Positions 43,018-53,487 of a stretch of 64,000 nt of DNA are shown one piece after another. A program made the translations under genes and the position numbers. This DNA is from Clostridiales bacterium (GTDB taxonomy: Bacteria > Bacillota > Clostridia > Oscillospirales > CAG-272), in contig JAAWDG010000013.1 of assembly GCA_022793655.1 (NCBI GenBank), positions 128,230-192,229 of the forward strand, given 5' to 3'. Numbering within the stretch: the stretch's first letter is position 1; every line of letters starts with the position of its first letter. The notes under the pieces are model-generated. The model was not told the origin of the DNA, ran no database searches, and worked only from the letters and a program-made list of their open reading frames with translations.

Positions 43018-43631
43018 TTTTCGGTTTCCTTCTTTGCTGTGATCAAGTCAAGCAGCTTTTGCAGTTCAGCTTGCAGTTCATCGGTTAACAGAATTTCTTG
43101 ATTTGTTGATTCGTCGATAAGTTTGTTGCCGTCAAGCGTATAGACAACCTGCTCTCCCTCCGGCGTGATGCATGTGATCGTTTGAGTGTCCGGCGGGAGC
43201 ACGCGGTCGGTCGTGGTTGGTATGCCGAAGCTCTGTTCTTCATTCTGACCATAGGTGTCTGCATCTTTGGTTTGGCTGCCTTCGTTCTGGAAAGTATCTT
43301 GGATGATAGCCAAAAGTTGATCGGCCGTTTCCTCTCCGGTTCCCTTGTTTTTATTTGTCAAGGATTGATCGGCGTCCGGCAGTTCTGTGATGATCCCTTG
43401 AGGGTTGTTAGTGTCCGAATCGGGCAAATCCGTGCCGATTCCTCCGGCCGGAGAACTCATTTTGTGATTCATGGTGGTGATCATTGGCAGATAGGCGGCA
43501 GAAAGAACGACAAGACCAAAACAAAATGGCGCTAAACTGATAAGAAGGCGTTTGCGATGTCTTTTTCTTTCTTTGATACGATTCTCGCTGCGGCGAAAAA
43601 CCTCGGCTTTGCATTCTTTTAATTCTCTCAC
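43014..43631 (-). CDS. Single-pass membrane protein, putative anti-sigma factor
   Basis: Basic N-terminus and one TM helix (LISLAPFCFGLVVLSAAYL). Overlaps both neighbouring genes. Confidence 0.45.
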   Translation of the reverse strand: MRELKECKAEVFRRSENRIKERKRHRKRLLISLAPFCFGLVVLSAAYLPMITTMNHKMSSPAGGIGTDLPDSDTNNPQGIITELPDADQSLTNKNKGTGEETADQLLAIIQDTFQNEGSQTKDADTYGQNEEQSFGIPTTTDRVLPPDTQTITCITPEGEQVVYTLDGNKLIDESTNQEILLTDELQAELQKLLDLITAKKETEK

Positions 43632-44179
43632 GATAAAAATAAATCCTCCTCTCCTAATAGGATGCGAAGTTCTTTTTTTGCGCGATACAGAAGATTATCC
43701 ACCTGCTTGCGTTTTTTCTTCATGATTTTGGCCGCTTCTTCATAAGTCATTTGCTCAAAATAAATCAAGTGAATGACCACACGCATATCCTCCGGCAGTT
43801 TTGCAACGGCCGCGTTTACCATGCGCTTGCGTTCATCAGACAGCACCATCTCTTCTAATGTTTTTTCATCGCTATGCAGTGGCTCGGCGAAAGACAGTTC
43901 GGTAAAGCTTATCACTTTGTGATGCTTGATGTAGTCAAGCGCCCGGCTTCGGCCCAGCATGAAAAGATATGTTTTCAGTGTAACGCCAAAATGGTATCGA
44001 TGTTTGTGTACAATTAAATCAGAAAAAACATCAATCGCAATATCTTCGGCGGCGTGGTCATCATGCACATAACGATCGATGAAGAATACAAGACTGTGGA
44101 ACAGCTCTTCCATAATCTCATCAAAAGCACTTTCATCACCCTCCAGGAAACGGCGGTAGCTACGGGCACCGTTATCCAT
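43628..44179 (-). CDS. ECF-type sigma-70 family RNA polymerase sigma factor
   Basis: Region 2 (DHAAEDIAIDVF, LKTYLFMLGRSRALDYIK) and region 4 (IYFEQMTYEEAAKIMKKKRKQVDNLLYRAKKEL). Confidence 0.85.
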   Translation of the reverse strand: MDNGARSYRRFLEGDESAFDEIMEELFHSLVFFIDRYVHDDHAAEDIAIDVFSDLIVHKHRYHFGVTLKTYLFMLGRSRALDYIKHHKVISFTELSFAEPLHSDEKTLEEMVLSDERKRMVNAAVAKLPEDMRVVIHLIYFEQMTYEEAAKIMKKKRKQVDNLLYRAKKELRILLGEEDLFLS

Positions 44180-44320
44180 TAATTTCCTCCTTGCCTGTCG
44201 GGATCACGTCTGACCCCTTCACTGATTATACGATTGAACCTGTTTACATTCCTTATGAATATTGAAAAACCGGCTTGCTTTTTGAAAAACGGAAGCAGGG
44301 CAAATTTCATAAAACAAAAC

Positions 44321-44351
44321 AGCGGCAAGGAGCCTTGTACTCTTTGCCGCT
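44321..44351 (-). terminator. Terminator of the AraC-family gene
   Basis: Minus strand: AGCGGCAAAGAG-uacaagg-CUCCUUGCCGCU, followed by GUUUUGUUUU. Confidence 0.6.
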
Positions 44352-44408
44352 ATGATTTAGCTTTCTTATCAAGTAAAATCATTAAACTATGAAAAAAGTA
44401 AAGATTGT

Positions 44409-45248
44409 CTAATGTGAATTTGTGTTATTTTCTTTATCTTGGCTTGGACTCACATTAAACTTTAATTTATAAGCCCGATAAAATGAGGAATAGTCGTTAA
44501 ATCCGCAGGAAATACAAGCGTTTTGCGCCGAATGGCCAGACAAGATCATTTCCCTTGCCGCCATGAGACGCTTAATGGATATATATTCCCATACCGAGGT
44601 GCCTGTTGTGTTTTTGAAAATTTTGCCTAACTGTGATTTGCTTAAGTAAAAATGAGCGCTGATGGTTTCAAGCGATAAGTCGTTAAATAATTCATCATTG
44701 ACATACCGCAAAATGCGGTTGGGCAGCGGATCGTTTGGCAAATCGGTTTCCTTTTTTGTGCCGTAGACGCGGGCCATCTCTGACAACAGATATACAAATC
44801 GGCTCATAACGGCCAGCCGCAAAAGGCCGGACTCTTGCTCGTGATAATAGGTCAGTTCTTCTAATGATTCCCAAGCTTTCTTCGAGTAATCAGCCGCATG
44901 AAAGCAGTTCTGCTGCCCTAAGGGACGCTCATATACTAAACGCAGCAAAAGACCTGAGGGATCAACTCTTTCTAAAAAAGAGGGCCGCACATTGAATACC
45001 ATTCTGCCGTAAGGCTCGTGTGGACTTATTTTGGGCATATGCGCTTCTGCATTGCGCATGATGAGGATATCCTTTGGGGCCAGTTGGTACTCAGTGCCTT
45101 CTATAATGTAACTGCCGCTGCCTCTGCAAAAAGCAAAGAACTCAATATCTTCATGTGCATGCATTTTGTAAGTGTCGGGGCAGAGACTTTGATCGACCGC
45201 ATAGCGAAAATAGAAATCATCGCCTTGATATTCGAGCAGGTTTGGCAT
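44409..45248 (-). CDS. AraC-family transcriptional regulator (cupin domain plus HTH)
   Basis: C-terminal AraC HTH (LSLETISAHFYLSKSQLGKIFK...GFNDYSSFYRAYKLKF). ATG 45248 with RBS agggagaa. Divergent from uxaC. Confidence 0.85.
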   Translation of the reverse strand: MPNLLEYQGDDFYFRYAVDQSLCPDTYKMHAHEDIEFFAFCRGSGSYIIEGTEYQLAPKDILIMRNAEAHMPKISPHEPYGRMVFNVRPSFLERVDPSGLLLRLVYERPLGQQNCFHAADYSKKAWESLEELTYYHEQESGLLRLAVMSRFVYLLSEMARVYGTKKETDLPNDPLPNRILRYVNDELFNDLSLETISAHFYLSKSQLGKIFKNTTGTSVWEYISIKRLMAAREMILSGHSAQNACISCGFNDYSSFYRAYKLKFNVSPSQDKENNTNSH

Positions 45249-45475
45249 AATTTTCTCCCTAACAAAAAGAGCCCTGTGGGTCTTCTTTATAGCCAATAGG
45301 ATCATCAAAAAAATGATGTTTGGTTTAGTTCATTAAAATATACGCAAGTTAATCGGAAATTTACTTGTATTATACCGCAGAAGCATTCGATTTGCAATAT
45401 ACATAACCCATAATGCAATTGTATTGTCAAGGCAGTTGCACTATAATAAATTAAGTTCATTGTAGAGAGGTGTAT

Positions 45476-46846
45476 ATGGATAAATTTTTATTGTTAGAAA
45501 GCGACGCAAGTCTGACACTGTATGAGACAGTGAAGGAACTGCCCATTCTTGATTATCACTGCCATTTAGATCCGAAAGAGATTTACGAGGATCGCCCCTT
45601 TGAGAATTTAGGCGCTATGTGGCTGCACCATGATCATTATAAATGGCGGCTCATGCGCGCCGCCGGCGTTCTGGAAGACTTAGTGACAGGCAGCGGAGGA
45701 GACCAGGCCAAGTTTGATGCCTATGCGGGTGCAATTGCCCTTGCAGCGGGCAATCCGTTATATCATTGGACAGCTATGGAGCTTTCACAGTTTTTTGGCA
45801 TTGAACAGCCGTTAAATGCCGACACGGCCCCGTCCATTTGGCAAAGGGCCAATGAGATTATCCGCGCGCAGGCCCTTTCACCACGGAAATTGATTGAAAG
45901 GTCCCGCGTGCAGTATATTGCCACGACCGATGATCCGGCTGATTCGCTTGTGTATCATGACAAAATCAGACAAGATGCATCATTTGCCTGCCAAGTGGTA
46001 CCTTCGTTTCGCACCGACCGGGTGTTGAGCATTCAGGCAGAGGGTTATGCCGACTACATAGCCAAATTATCCGCCGCGGCGGACATTGATATTAAAAACC
46101 TTAGCACTCTTAAAGACGCTTTGTGCCGCCGTATGGACTTTTTTGTGGATCGTGGGTGCCGGTTTTCGGATATTGGCATTCCCGCTTTTCCGGAAGGCGT
46201 GCTAAACAATCAGGCAGCGGGCGCGGTGTTTGAGAGGGCTTTGGCTGGTAAATACATTGGCGAGGACGAATATCGTGGCTTCTTAGGGCATATGTACGTC
46301 TTTTTAGGCGGTGAGTATAAAAAACGGGAGATGGTCATGCAGCTGCATATGGCGGTGCGCCGCAATACCAATACGCGTTTATACGAAAGGGTTGGTGCGG
46401 ATGCCGGCGGCGACTGCATGGATGACAGCATACCAATGGGTTCGCTCTTGCTTTTACTCGACGCCATGGCGAAAGAAGATAGCTTACCAAAGAGTATACT
46501 CTATGCGCTGAATCCGGCCATGATTCCTGCGCTTTGTGCGGCGGCCGGCAGCTTTTCTGATGTCAGATGCGGTGCTGCCTGGTGGTTTTGTGATCATAAG
46601 CGGGGCATTCGTGAGGTGCTTGAAACAGTGGCGGAAATCGGTCACTTAGCTGCTTTTCCGGGTATGTTGACCGACAGCAGGAGCTTTTTATCCTATGCCA
46701 GGCATGATTATTTCCGAAGGATTGTTTGCAGTCTGCTGGCTGGCTGGGTAGAAAAAGGCGAGTTTGACAAAGGGGCGGCGCCGCTTTTGGCGCGTAAGCT
46801 TTGCTATGATAACACAAAAGAGTTGATTGGAGGTGGGGAACTATGA
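45476..46846 (+). CDS. uxaC: Glucuronate (uronate) isomerase
   Basis: [10 protein letters not shown] and [15 protein letters not shown] are UxaC motifs. Confidence 0.9.
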   Translation: MDKFLLLESDASLTLYETVKELPILDYHCHLDPKEIYEDRPFENLGAMWLHHDHYKWRLMRAAGVLEDLVTGSGGDQAKFDAYAGAIALAAGNPLYHWTAMELSQFFGIEQPLNADTAPSIWQRANEIIRAQALSPRKLIERSRVQYIATTDDPADSLVYHDKIRQDASFACQVVPSFRTDRVLSIQAEGYADYIAKLSAAADIDIKNLSTLKDALCRRMDFFVDRGCRFSDIGIPAFPEGVLNNQAAGAVFERALAGKYIGEDEYRGFLGHMYVFLGGEYKKREMVMQLHMAVRRNTNTRLYERVGADAGGDCMDDSIPMGSLLLLLDAMAKEDSLPKSILYALNPAMIPALCAAAGSFSDVRCGAAWWFCDHKRGIREVLETVAEIGHLAAFPGMLTDSRSFLSYARHDYFRRIVCSLLAGWVEKGEFDKGAAPLLARKLCYDNTKELIGGGEL

Positions 46847-47904
46847 AAATGTCGTTTCGATGGTATGGAAAAGATGATCCAGTAACACTCGCACAGATTC
46901 GGCAAATTCCCGGTGTTGTCAACATCGTATCAGCGGTCTATGATGTGCCGCCAGGACAAGTGTGGAGCGAGAAAAGCATCCAAGATCTGTGCGGTGTCAT
47001 CGAGCATGCGGGTCTTGCTTTTGAGGTGGTCGAAAGCGTGCCGGTGCCTGAATCAATTAAACTGGGCGACGAGAGGGCCGAGGCGTGTATCGCTGCTTAT
47101 TGCGAAAATGTTCGCCGCTTGGGCAAAGCGGGCGTCAAATGCATTTGTTATAACTTTATGCCTGTTTTTGACTGGTTCCGCAGCGAAATGGCACGCTCGC
47201 AAGCCGATGGCGCCAACGCACTGGCCTATGAACATGAAGCAGTGATCGCCATGAATCCGCAAGAGAATGAGATCTCGTTGCCAGGCTGGGATGAGAGCTA
47301 TACCCGCGCCGAACTGCGTACGTTGTTAGCTGCTTATGATAAGATCACCGAAGAAGATTTGTGGTCTAATTTAGAGCGTTTTTTAAAAGCAGTTGTGCCA
47401 GTGGCCGAAGAGGTGGGTATCAACATGGCCATTCATCCGGATGACCCGCCGTGGGGTCTCTTCGGGCTGCCTCGTATTATTACAGACAGGGAGAATATCA
47501 GACGGTTTTTAAAGTTAGTAGACCGGCCGGCAAACGGGCTTACCTTTTGTACTGGCTCGCTGGGTGCAAGCCAAGAAAATGATTTGGTCGCTATGGCGGG
47601 TGAGTTTGCAGACCGCATTCATTTTGCCCATTTGCGCAATGTGCGGCACACGGGCGAGCGTTCGTTTGAAGAAGTGGGGCATTTATCCGCTTGTGGATCG
47701 TTTGACATGTATGCCATTGTCAAGGCGTTGGTAAAAGGTGGCTTTGATGGTTATGTCAGGCCGGATCATGGCCGTATGATTTGGGGTGAAACTGGCCGGC
47801 CTGGCTATGGTCTATATGACCGTGCCTTGGGGGCGACGTATTTAAACGGTCTGTTTGAAGCTTGCTATAAAGAAGAAATGATAGAAAAAGGAGAAACGAT
47901 ATGA
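46843..47904 (+). CDS. uxuA: Mannonate dehydratase
   Basis: [17 protein letters not shown]-terminus and a 353-aa TIM-barrel UxuA pattern. Confidence 0.9.
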   Translation: MKMSFRWYGKDDPVTLAQIRQIPGVVNIVSAVYDVPPGQVWSEKSIQDLCGVIEHAGLAFEVVESVPVPESIKLGDERAEACIAAYCENVRRLGKAGVKCICYNFMPVFDWFRSEMARSQADGANALAYEHEAVIAMNPQENEISLPGWDESYTRAELRTLLAAYDKITEEDLWSNLERFLKAVVPVAEEVGINMAIHPDDPPWGLFGLPRIITDRENIRRFLKLVDRPANGLTFCTGSLGASQENDLVAMAGEFADRIHFAHLRNVRHTGERSFEEVGHLSACGSFDMYAIVKALVKGGFDGYVRPDHGRMIWGETGRPGYGLYDRALGATYLNGLFEACYKEEMIEKGETI

Positions 47905-48722
47905 AAACAGCGGTCATTACAGGGGGCGGCGGCGTATTGTGTTCGGCCTTCGCCAAGGCGCTGGCGGCCGATGGTTATGCGGTAGCGCTTCTTGATTTAG
48001 ATGGAGAAGCAGCCGCAAGCGTAGCCGATGAAATTTGCGCCGCCAGTTTCCAGGCAGAGGGCTTTAAGGCCAATGTTTTAGTTAAAGAAGAACTAATCGC
48101 CGTGCGAGAGGAGATTCATGCCCGCTTTGGCCCATGCGATTTGTTGATTAATGGCGCCGGCGGTAATCATCCTTCTTGCACGACGGCCCATGAGACCTAT
48201 GGCCAGGGGGATGCAGAAAGAGAGGATATACTTACTTTTTTTAACATACCCAAAGAACAATTTTCGTTTGTGTTTGACCTTAATATATTGGGAACGCTTT
48301 TGCCATCCCAAGTATTTTGCGCCGATATGATTGGCCGAAGCGGCTGTAATATCGTCAATATATCTTCGATGAATGCTTATCGACCGCTGACCAAAATTCC
48401 CGCTTATAGCGCGGCAAAAGCGGCGGTTTCCAATCTGACCCAGTGGATGGCCGTGCATTTTGCCGAGGCAGGCATTCGCGTCAATGCGTTGGCGCCTGGT
48501 TTCTTTGTCACCAAACAAAATAAAGATATGCTGTACGATGCGAAGGGCAACCCAACTCCCAGAACTGATAAAATTTTGCGGGCTACCCCGATGGGCCGCT
48601 TTGGCAAGCCTGAGGAACTGTTAGGCGCGCTGCGTTTTCTCACCGACGAGAGCAAAGCCGGTTTTATCACCGGCGTGGTGCTGCCGATTGACGGTGGATT
48701 TTCGGCCTATTCGGGTGTGTAG
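47901..48722 (+). CDS. SDR-type D-mannonate oxidoreductase (fructuronate reductase)-like
   Basis: ITGGGGVLC glycine motif, YSAAKAAV (YxxxK), and its position after uxuA. It resembles the YjmF/UxuB SDR subfamily. Confidence 0.65.
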   Translation: MKTAVITGGGGVLCSAFAKALAADGYAVALLDLDGEAAASVADEICAASFQAEGFKANVLVKEELIAVREEIHARFGPCDLLINGAGGNHPSCTTAHETYGQGDAEREDILTFFNIPKEQFSFVFDLNILGTLLPSQVFCADMIGRSGCNIVNISSMNAYRPLTKIPAYSAAKAAVSNLTQWMAVHFAEAGIRVNALAPGFFVTKQNKDMLYDAKGNPTPRTDKILRATPMGRFGKPEELLGALRFLTDESKAGFITGVVLPIDGGFSAYSGV

Positions 48723-48794
48723 AAGAAGTTTTTATAATGGTATGAAAAAAACATGCAAATCGTTTAGCGATTTGCTTTGGGGAGGATGGTAAAT

Positions 48795-49655
48795 ATGTCA
48801 TTTTTGATTAGTGCGTTTTCGGATGAGGCAGGTGTGTCACTGTCCGAGCAAATGGACGCGCTTACCCGCAACAAAATGGCTGGTATGGAAATACGCGGCG
48901 TAGATGGCAAAAATGTTTCTAAGCTGTCAGAAAAAGAGGCCGAGAATATTCGAGCGGCGCTTGCCGCGCAAGGACTTTCCATCTGGTCGGTGGGCTCACC
49001 AATTGGCAAGGTTTCGATTGAGGAACCTTTTGCACCGCATTGGGAGGCTTTCTTGCATACGCTTGCGATCGCGAAAAGTCTTGGCGCCGAGGTGATTCGC
49101 ATTTTCAGTTTTTATATGCCCAAAGACAAACCGGCAGAAACCTATCGTTTAGAGGTAATGGAGCGTCTTTCCCGCATGGTGGATAAAGCTGCATCGGTTG
49201 GCCTTATGCTTTGCCATGAAAACGAAAAAGGCATCTATGGAGAAAGCGCCGACTGCTGTTTCGATATAACCGAAACGGTGGAAGGTATGGGTCTTGTGTT
49301 TGATCCGGCGAATTTTATACAAGCCGGCGAGCCGGTGCTGCCGGCATGGCAAAAGCTGAAGCGGCATGTGCGCTATTTGCATATTAAGGACGCTCTGGCC
49401 AACGGGTGCATTGTTCCGGCTGGCAAGGGTATTGGATGTATCGATACACTGCTTCGGGAATATGCTGAGCTGGGCGGCCGCCGGCTGACACTCGAGCCGC
49501 ATTTGAGCGTTTTTGATGGCTTTAACGGATTAGAGCGAGAGGTCGATGCGGCTTCTAAATTAGGATTGTATGCTTATGCTTCGCAAAATGAGGCATTCGA
49601 CGCGGCGGCTGATGCACTGAGAGAACTGATTGCCAAGGTGAACGCATCAATTTAA
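48795..49655 (+). CDS. Sugar phosphate isomerase/epimerase (xylose-isomerase-like TIM barrel) 1
   Basis: IRIFSF...LCHENEKGIYG...DPANFIQAG pattern. RBS ggagga. Confidence 0.7.
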   Translation: MSFLISAFSDEAGVSLSEQMDALTRNKMAGMEIRGVDGKNVSKLSEKEAENIRAALAAQGLSIWSVGSPIGKVSIEEPFAPHWEAFLHTLAIAKSLGAEVIRIFSFYMPKDKPAETYRLEVMERLSRMVDKAASVGLMLCHENEKGIYGESADCCFDITETVEGMGLVFDPANFIQAGEPVLPAWQKLKRHVRYLHIKDALANGCIVPAGKGIGCIDTLLREYAELGGRRLTLEPHLSVFDGFNGLEREVDAASKLGLYAYASQNEAFDAAADALRELIAKVNASI

Positions 49656-49687
49656 AATATATTTTGAAATAGGAAGGAGTGATCCAT

Positions 49688-50437
49688 ATGATTATAGGCG
49701 CACAGTTGTATACAGTACGGGAGTTTTGCAAAACGCCCGAAGATTTGGCTCAAACGCTAAAAAAGATAGCGGATATTGGTTATCGAACGGTACAGGTGTC
49801 GGGCACATGTGCCTATGAGCCAGCATGGCTGCAAGAGCAGCTGTCTGCTAATGGCCTTTCCTGTGTAATCACACATACCGATCCAGCGCGCATTGCGGCC
49901 GAACCAGAGGTGATTTGCCGGGAACATTGTGTATTTCATTGTGACTATATTGGCATTGGCTATTATGAACTGCATGCAGAGGGAGCCGTTGATCGTTTTG
50001 TCAACAATTTTACCAAGGCGATGCAGGTGATTCACGCACAGGGGAAAAAACTGATGTATCACAACCACGACTTGGAATTTGCGAAAATAGACGGCCGTAC
50101 CGCCTTAGAATGGCTTGCCATGCGCACCTCGCCCGAACAGCTTGGTTTTACGCTTGACACCTATTGGGTGCAGGCGGGCGGCGGGGATCCAGCCTATTGG
50201 CTGCGCAGTCTTAAAGGCCGGGTTTCTTGTGTACATTATAAGGATATGGGCTATGGGCGCAAGATGCTGCCGATTGGCTCGGGCAATATGAATTTTGATG
50301 AAATATTGAAGGCAAGTGAAGAAGCAGGCGTCAAATATGCGCTTGTCGAGCAGGATGACTGCAATGGAGAGGATCCATTTGCTTGCTTGGCTGAAAGTTT
50401 TGCATTTCTTACATCGCGCGGACTGCGTGCAGAATAA
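49688..50437 (+). CDS. Sugar phosphate isomerase/epimerase (TIM barrel) 2
   Basis: IGAQLYTVRE...YHNHDLEF...DTYW...HYKD pattern. Confidence 0.7.
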   Translation: MIIGAQLYTVREFCKTPEDLAQTLKKIADIGYRTVQVSGTCAYEPAWLQEQLSANGLSCVITHTDPARIAAEPEVICREHCVFHCDYIGIGYYELHAEGAVDRFVNNFTKAMQVIHAQGKKLMYHNHDLEFAKIDGRTALEWLAMRTSPEQLGFTLDTYWVQAGGGDPAYWLRSLKGRVSCVHYKDMGYGRKMLPIGSGNMNFDEILKASEEAGVKYALVEQDDCNGEDPFACLAESFAFLTSRGLRAE

Positions 50438-50453
50438 ATGAGGAGGAACAGAA

Positions 50454-51611
50454 ATGGATAAGGTAAAGATAGGCATTATCGGCATCGGCAATATGGGTAC
50501 ACAGCATTACTACCATATCAACGATGGCAGATGTCCTGAACTTGAGGTTGGTGCCGTAGCCGATATTAGTGAAGAGAGACGCGCATGGGCGAAAGAGACG
50601 ATGCCCGAATCGGTCGCCGTGTTTGCTACGGCAGATGAATTGATGGAAAGTGGTCTTGTGCAGGCGGTGATCATTGCTGTGCCGCATTATTCGCACCCCG
50701 AACTCGCCATGAAGGCAATGCGCCATGGGCTGCATGTCATGGTGGAAAAACCGGCCGGTGTTTACACGAAGCAGGTGCGTCAGATGAATGAAGCAGCGGC
50801 TGAAAGCAACGTGGTTTTCGGCATGATGTTTAACCAGAGAACTAACCATATTTACCGCAAAATGAGAGAAATCATTCAAAGCGGCAAATACGGAAATATT
50901 CGTCGGACCAACTGGATCATTACCGACTGGTATCGTTCACAGGCTTATTATAATTCGGGCGGATGGCGCGCTACTTGGAGCGGCGAGGGGGGCGGCGTGC
51001 TGCTCAACCAGTGTCCGCACCAGTTAGATTTATGGCAATGGATTTGCGGTATGCCGAAGAAGGTGAGCTGCTACATGCAGTTTGGCAAATGGCATGATAT
51101 TGAGGTTGAGGACGATGTAACTGCCTATGTTGAATATGAAAACGGTGCCACAGGCGTGTTTATTACGACTACGGGTGACGCGTTTGGTACTAACCGCTTT
51201 GAGGTGCAGATGGACGGCGCCAAATTAGTGGCAGAGAACAATCAGCTTCGCATATGGGAATTTAACACGCCTGAGCCCGAATTTACTCGCACGAATACGG
51301 TGCCGTTTGGCAATCCCGGCGCGACCGAACTGTCTTTTGAAACCGATGGCCAGAATCCACAGCATGTGGGTGTGTTAAATGCGTTTGCCGGCGCGATTTT
51401 GAGAGGAGAACCGTTAGTAGCAAGGGGAGAGGAAGGTATTAACGGCCTGACTCTTTCGAACGCCATGCATCTTTCACAGTGGCTTGGCCGTCCTGTTGAG
51501 CTGCCGTTGGATGAAGATTTATATTATGAAGAGTTAGCAAAGCGTGTGAAAACTTCTCGCCGCAAAGACAATGCGATATCGACTTTCGCCGATGTAGACG
51601 GAACTTATTGA
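50454..51611 (+). CDS. Gfo/Idh/MocA-family oxidoreductase 1
   Basis: KIGIIGIGNMG Rossmann motif, EKP motif (MVEKPAG) and GGGVLLNQCPHQLDL. Confidence 0.85.
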   Translation: MDKVKIGIIGIGNMGTQHYYHINDGRCPELEVGAVADISEERRAWAKETMPESVAVFATADELMESGLVQAVIIAVPHYSHPELAMKAMRHGLHVMVEKPAGVYTKQVRQMNEAAAESNVVFGMMFNQRTNHIYRKMREIIQSGKYGNIRRTNWIITDWYRSQAYYNSGGWRATWSGEGGGVLLNQCPHQLDLWQWICGMPKKVSCYMQFGKWHDIEVEDDVTAYVEYENGATGVFITTTGDAFGTNRFEVQMDGAKLVAENNQLRIWEFNTPEPEFTRTNTVPFGNPGATELSFETDGQNPQHVGVLNAFAGAILRGEPLVARGEEGINGLTLSNAMHLSQWLGRPVELPLDEDLYYEELAKRVKTSRRKDNAISTFADVDGTY

Positions 51612-51639
51612 TGAATCCATGAAAAGAGAGGGCGAGAGT

Positions 51640-52818
51640 ATGGAAACCGTTCGCTTCGGCATCATTGGCATTGGCAATATTGGGTCGGCTCATGCCAATT
51701 GTTTGACGCATGGTCAAATTCAAGGGGCAGTTCTTACCGCTCTGTGCGACTGGGATGCCGACAAAGAAAAAATACTAAGAGAAAAATATCCGCACATTGC
51801 TTTTTATGACCAGGCAGAAGCGCTATTGCAAAGCGGCTCTTGTGATGCGGTGATCATTTCGACGCCGCATCCATCTCATGTGGCGCTCGCCATGCAGGCT
51901 TTTGAGAACGGCCTGCATGTGTTAGTTGAAAAACCCGCCGGCGTTTGTGTGAGCGATGTTTATCGCCTCAATGATATAGCCGAGCAAAGCGGACGTGTTT
52001 TTGGCATTATGTTCAATCAGCGAACAGAGCCTTTGTATCAAAAGGCAAAGGCTTTGCTTCGCGCGGGTGCCATTGGCGAGATGAAAAGGGTTCATTGGAT
52101 TATCACAAATTGGTATCGCACTCAGCAATATTATGATTCAGGCGGGTGGCGTGCTACTTGGCGGGGTGAGGGCGGCGGTGTGTTGCTTAACCAGGCACCA
52201 CACAATTTAGATCTTTTGCAGTGGATCTGCGGTATGCCAACGCGCCTTCGCGCTTTTTGCTATGAAGGTAAGCATCATCATATAGAGGTAGAGGATGAGG
52301 CCACCCTCTATATGGAGTATGAAAACGGTGCTACCGGATTATTTGTGACGTCGACTGGTGAATTTCCCGGTACAAACCACTTGGAAATTACAGGAGATTG
52401 TGGTAAAATAGTAGTCGAGGAAGGCCACATTAAATTATGGACAATAGAAGAAAGTGAAAGACACTATTGTTTCCATGCGAAAAGCGGTGATCCTTTACCG
52501 GCTGTTACCACCGAAATCATTGAGCCGGAAGGACCGCCTGGCACTCACGCGGCGATTATCCAAAATGTAACGAATGCGATTCGGTTTGGGCAGCCGCTCT
52601 TAGCGCCTGGATCGGATGGAATTTATGAGCTTTCACTATCCAATGCAGCGTATCTTTCCTCATGGCAGGATCGCTGGGTGTCGCTTCCTATGAAAGGAGA
52701 TGAGTTCGACACGGCTTTTGCGCAAAGAGCCGCTGCTGCTTCATACAATAAGCAAAAATCAAGTCCATTGGACAGCGAGATGGGACAGTATAAGAAAAAA
52801 TGGCAAGTTAACTGGTAG
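51640..52818 (+). CDS. Gfo/Idh/MocA-family oxidoreductase 2 (paralogue)
   Basis: RFGIIGIGNIG, LVEKPAG and GGGVLLNQAPHNLDL. Clearly paralogous to the previous gene. Confidence 0.85.
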   Translation: METVRFGIIGIGNIGSAHANCLTHGQIQGAVLTALCDWDADKEKILREKYPHIAFYDQAEALLQSGSCDAVIISTPHPSHVALAMQAFENGLHVLVEKPAGVCVSDVYRLNDIAEQSGRVFGIMFNQRTEPLYQKAKALLRAGAIGEMKRVHWIITNWYRTQQYYDSGGWRATWRGEGGGVLLNQAPHNLDLLQWICGMPTRLRAFCYEGKHHHIEVEDEATLYMEYENGATGLFVTSTGEFPGTNHLEITGDCGKIVVEEGHIKLWTIEESERHYCFHAKSGDPLPAVTTEIIEPEGPPGTHAAIIQNVTNAIRFGQPLLAPGSDGIYELSLSNAAYLSSWQDRWVSLPMKGDEFDTAFAQRAAAASYNKQKSSPLDSEMGQYKKKWQVNW

Positions 52819-52831
52819 TGGAGGAATAAAA

Positions 52832-53473
52832 ATGGAAAAAATGATTCAAAGCTTAGAGGCCTATGGGGTTGTTCCGGTCATTCAAATTAACCGGACTGAG
52901 GATGCAATTCCGCTTGCAGAAGCGCTGATCGAGGGGGGACTGCCTTGTGCGGAAATTACCTTTCGTACACCGTGCGCGGCCGAAGCGATTGAAACGATAG
53001 CAAAGCGTTATCCTGACATGCTGTTAGGCGCGGGTACGGTGTTGACAACTGAGCAGGCCGACCGGGCCATAGACGCTGGGGCAAGCTTTCTTGTCAGCCC
53101 AGGATTGAATGAAACAACCGTTCGTTACAGCATTGAAAAAGGATATAAAATGGTACCTGGCGTGTGTACGCCGAGCGATATTGAAAAAGCGCTCATGCTT
53201 GGGCTTTCTTATTTGAAATTTTTTCCAGCCGAGGCGGCAGGCGGCATTCCTATGTTAAAGGCGATGTCTGCACCTTATGGCGCTATCCGGTTTATGCCGA
53301 CGGGCGGCATTAAAGAAAATCAGTTAAGCGAATATCTTGGTTTACCCTTTGTCTTTGCCTGCGGAGGCAGCTTCATTGCACCGGCCAGCGATATTGAAAA
53401 CGGACATTTTGATAAAATTAGTCAAACAGCGCGTCGGGTAGCTGATGCAGTAAAACAGATAAAAACAAAGTGA
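52832..53473 (+). CDS. eda: 2-dehydro-3-deoxy-phosphogluconate (KDPG) aldolase
   Basis: VVPVIQINRTEDAIPLAEALIEGGLPCAEITFRT and KFFPAEAAGG. Confidence 0.9.
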   Translation: MEKMIQSLEAYGVVPVIQINRTEDAIPLAEALIEGGLPCAEITFRTPCAAEAIETIAKRYPDMLLGAGTVLTTEQADRAIDAGASFLVSPGLNETTVRYSIEKGYKMVPGVCTPSDIEKALMLGLSYLKFFPAEAAGGIPMLKAMSAPYGAIRFMPTGGIKENQLSEYLGLPFVFACGGSFIAPASDIENGHFDKISQTARRVADAVKQIKTK

Positions 53474-53487
53474 AGGGGAGATAAAAC

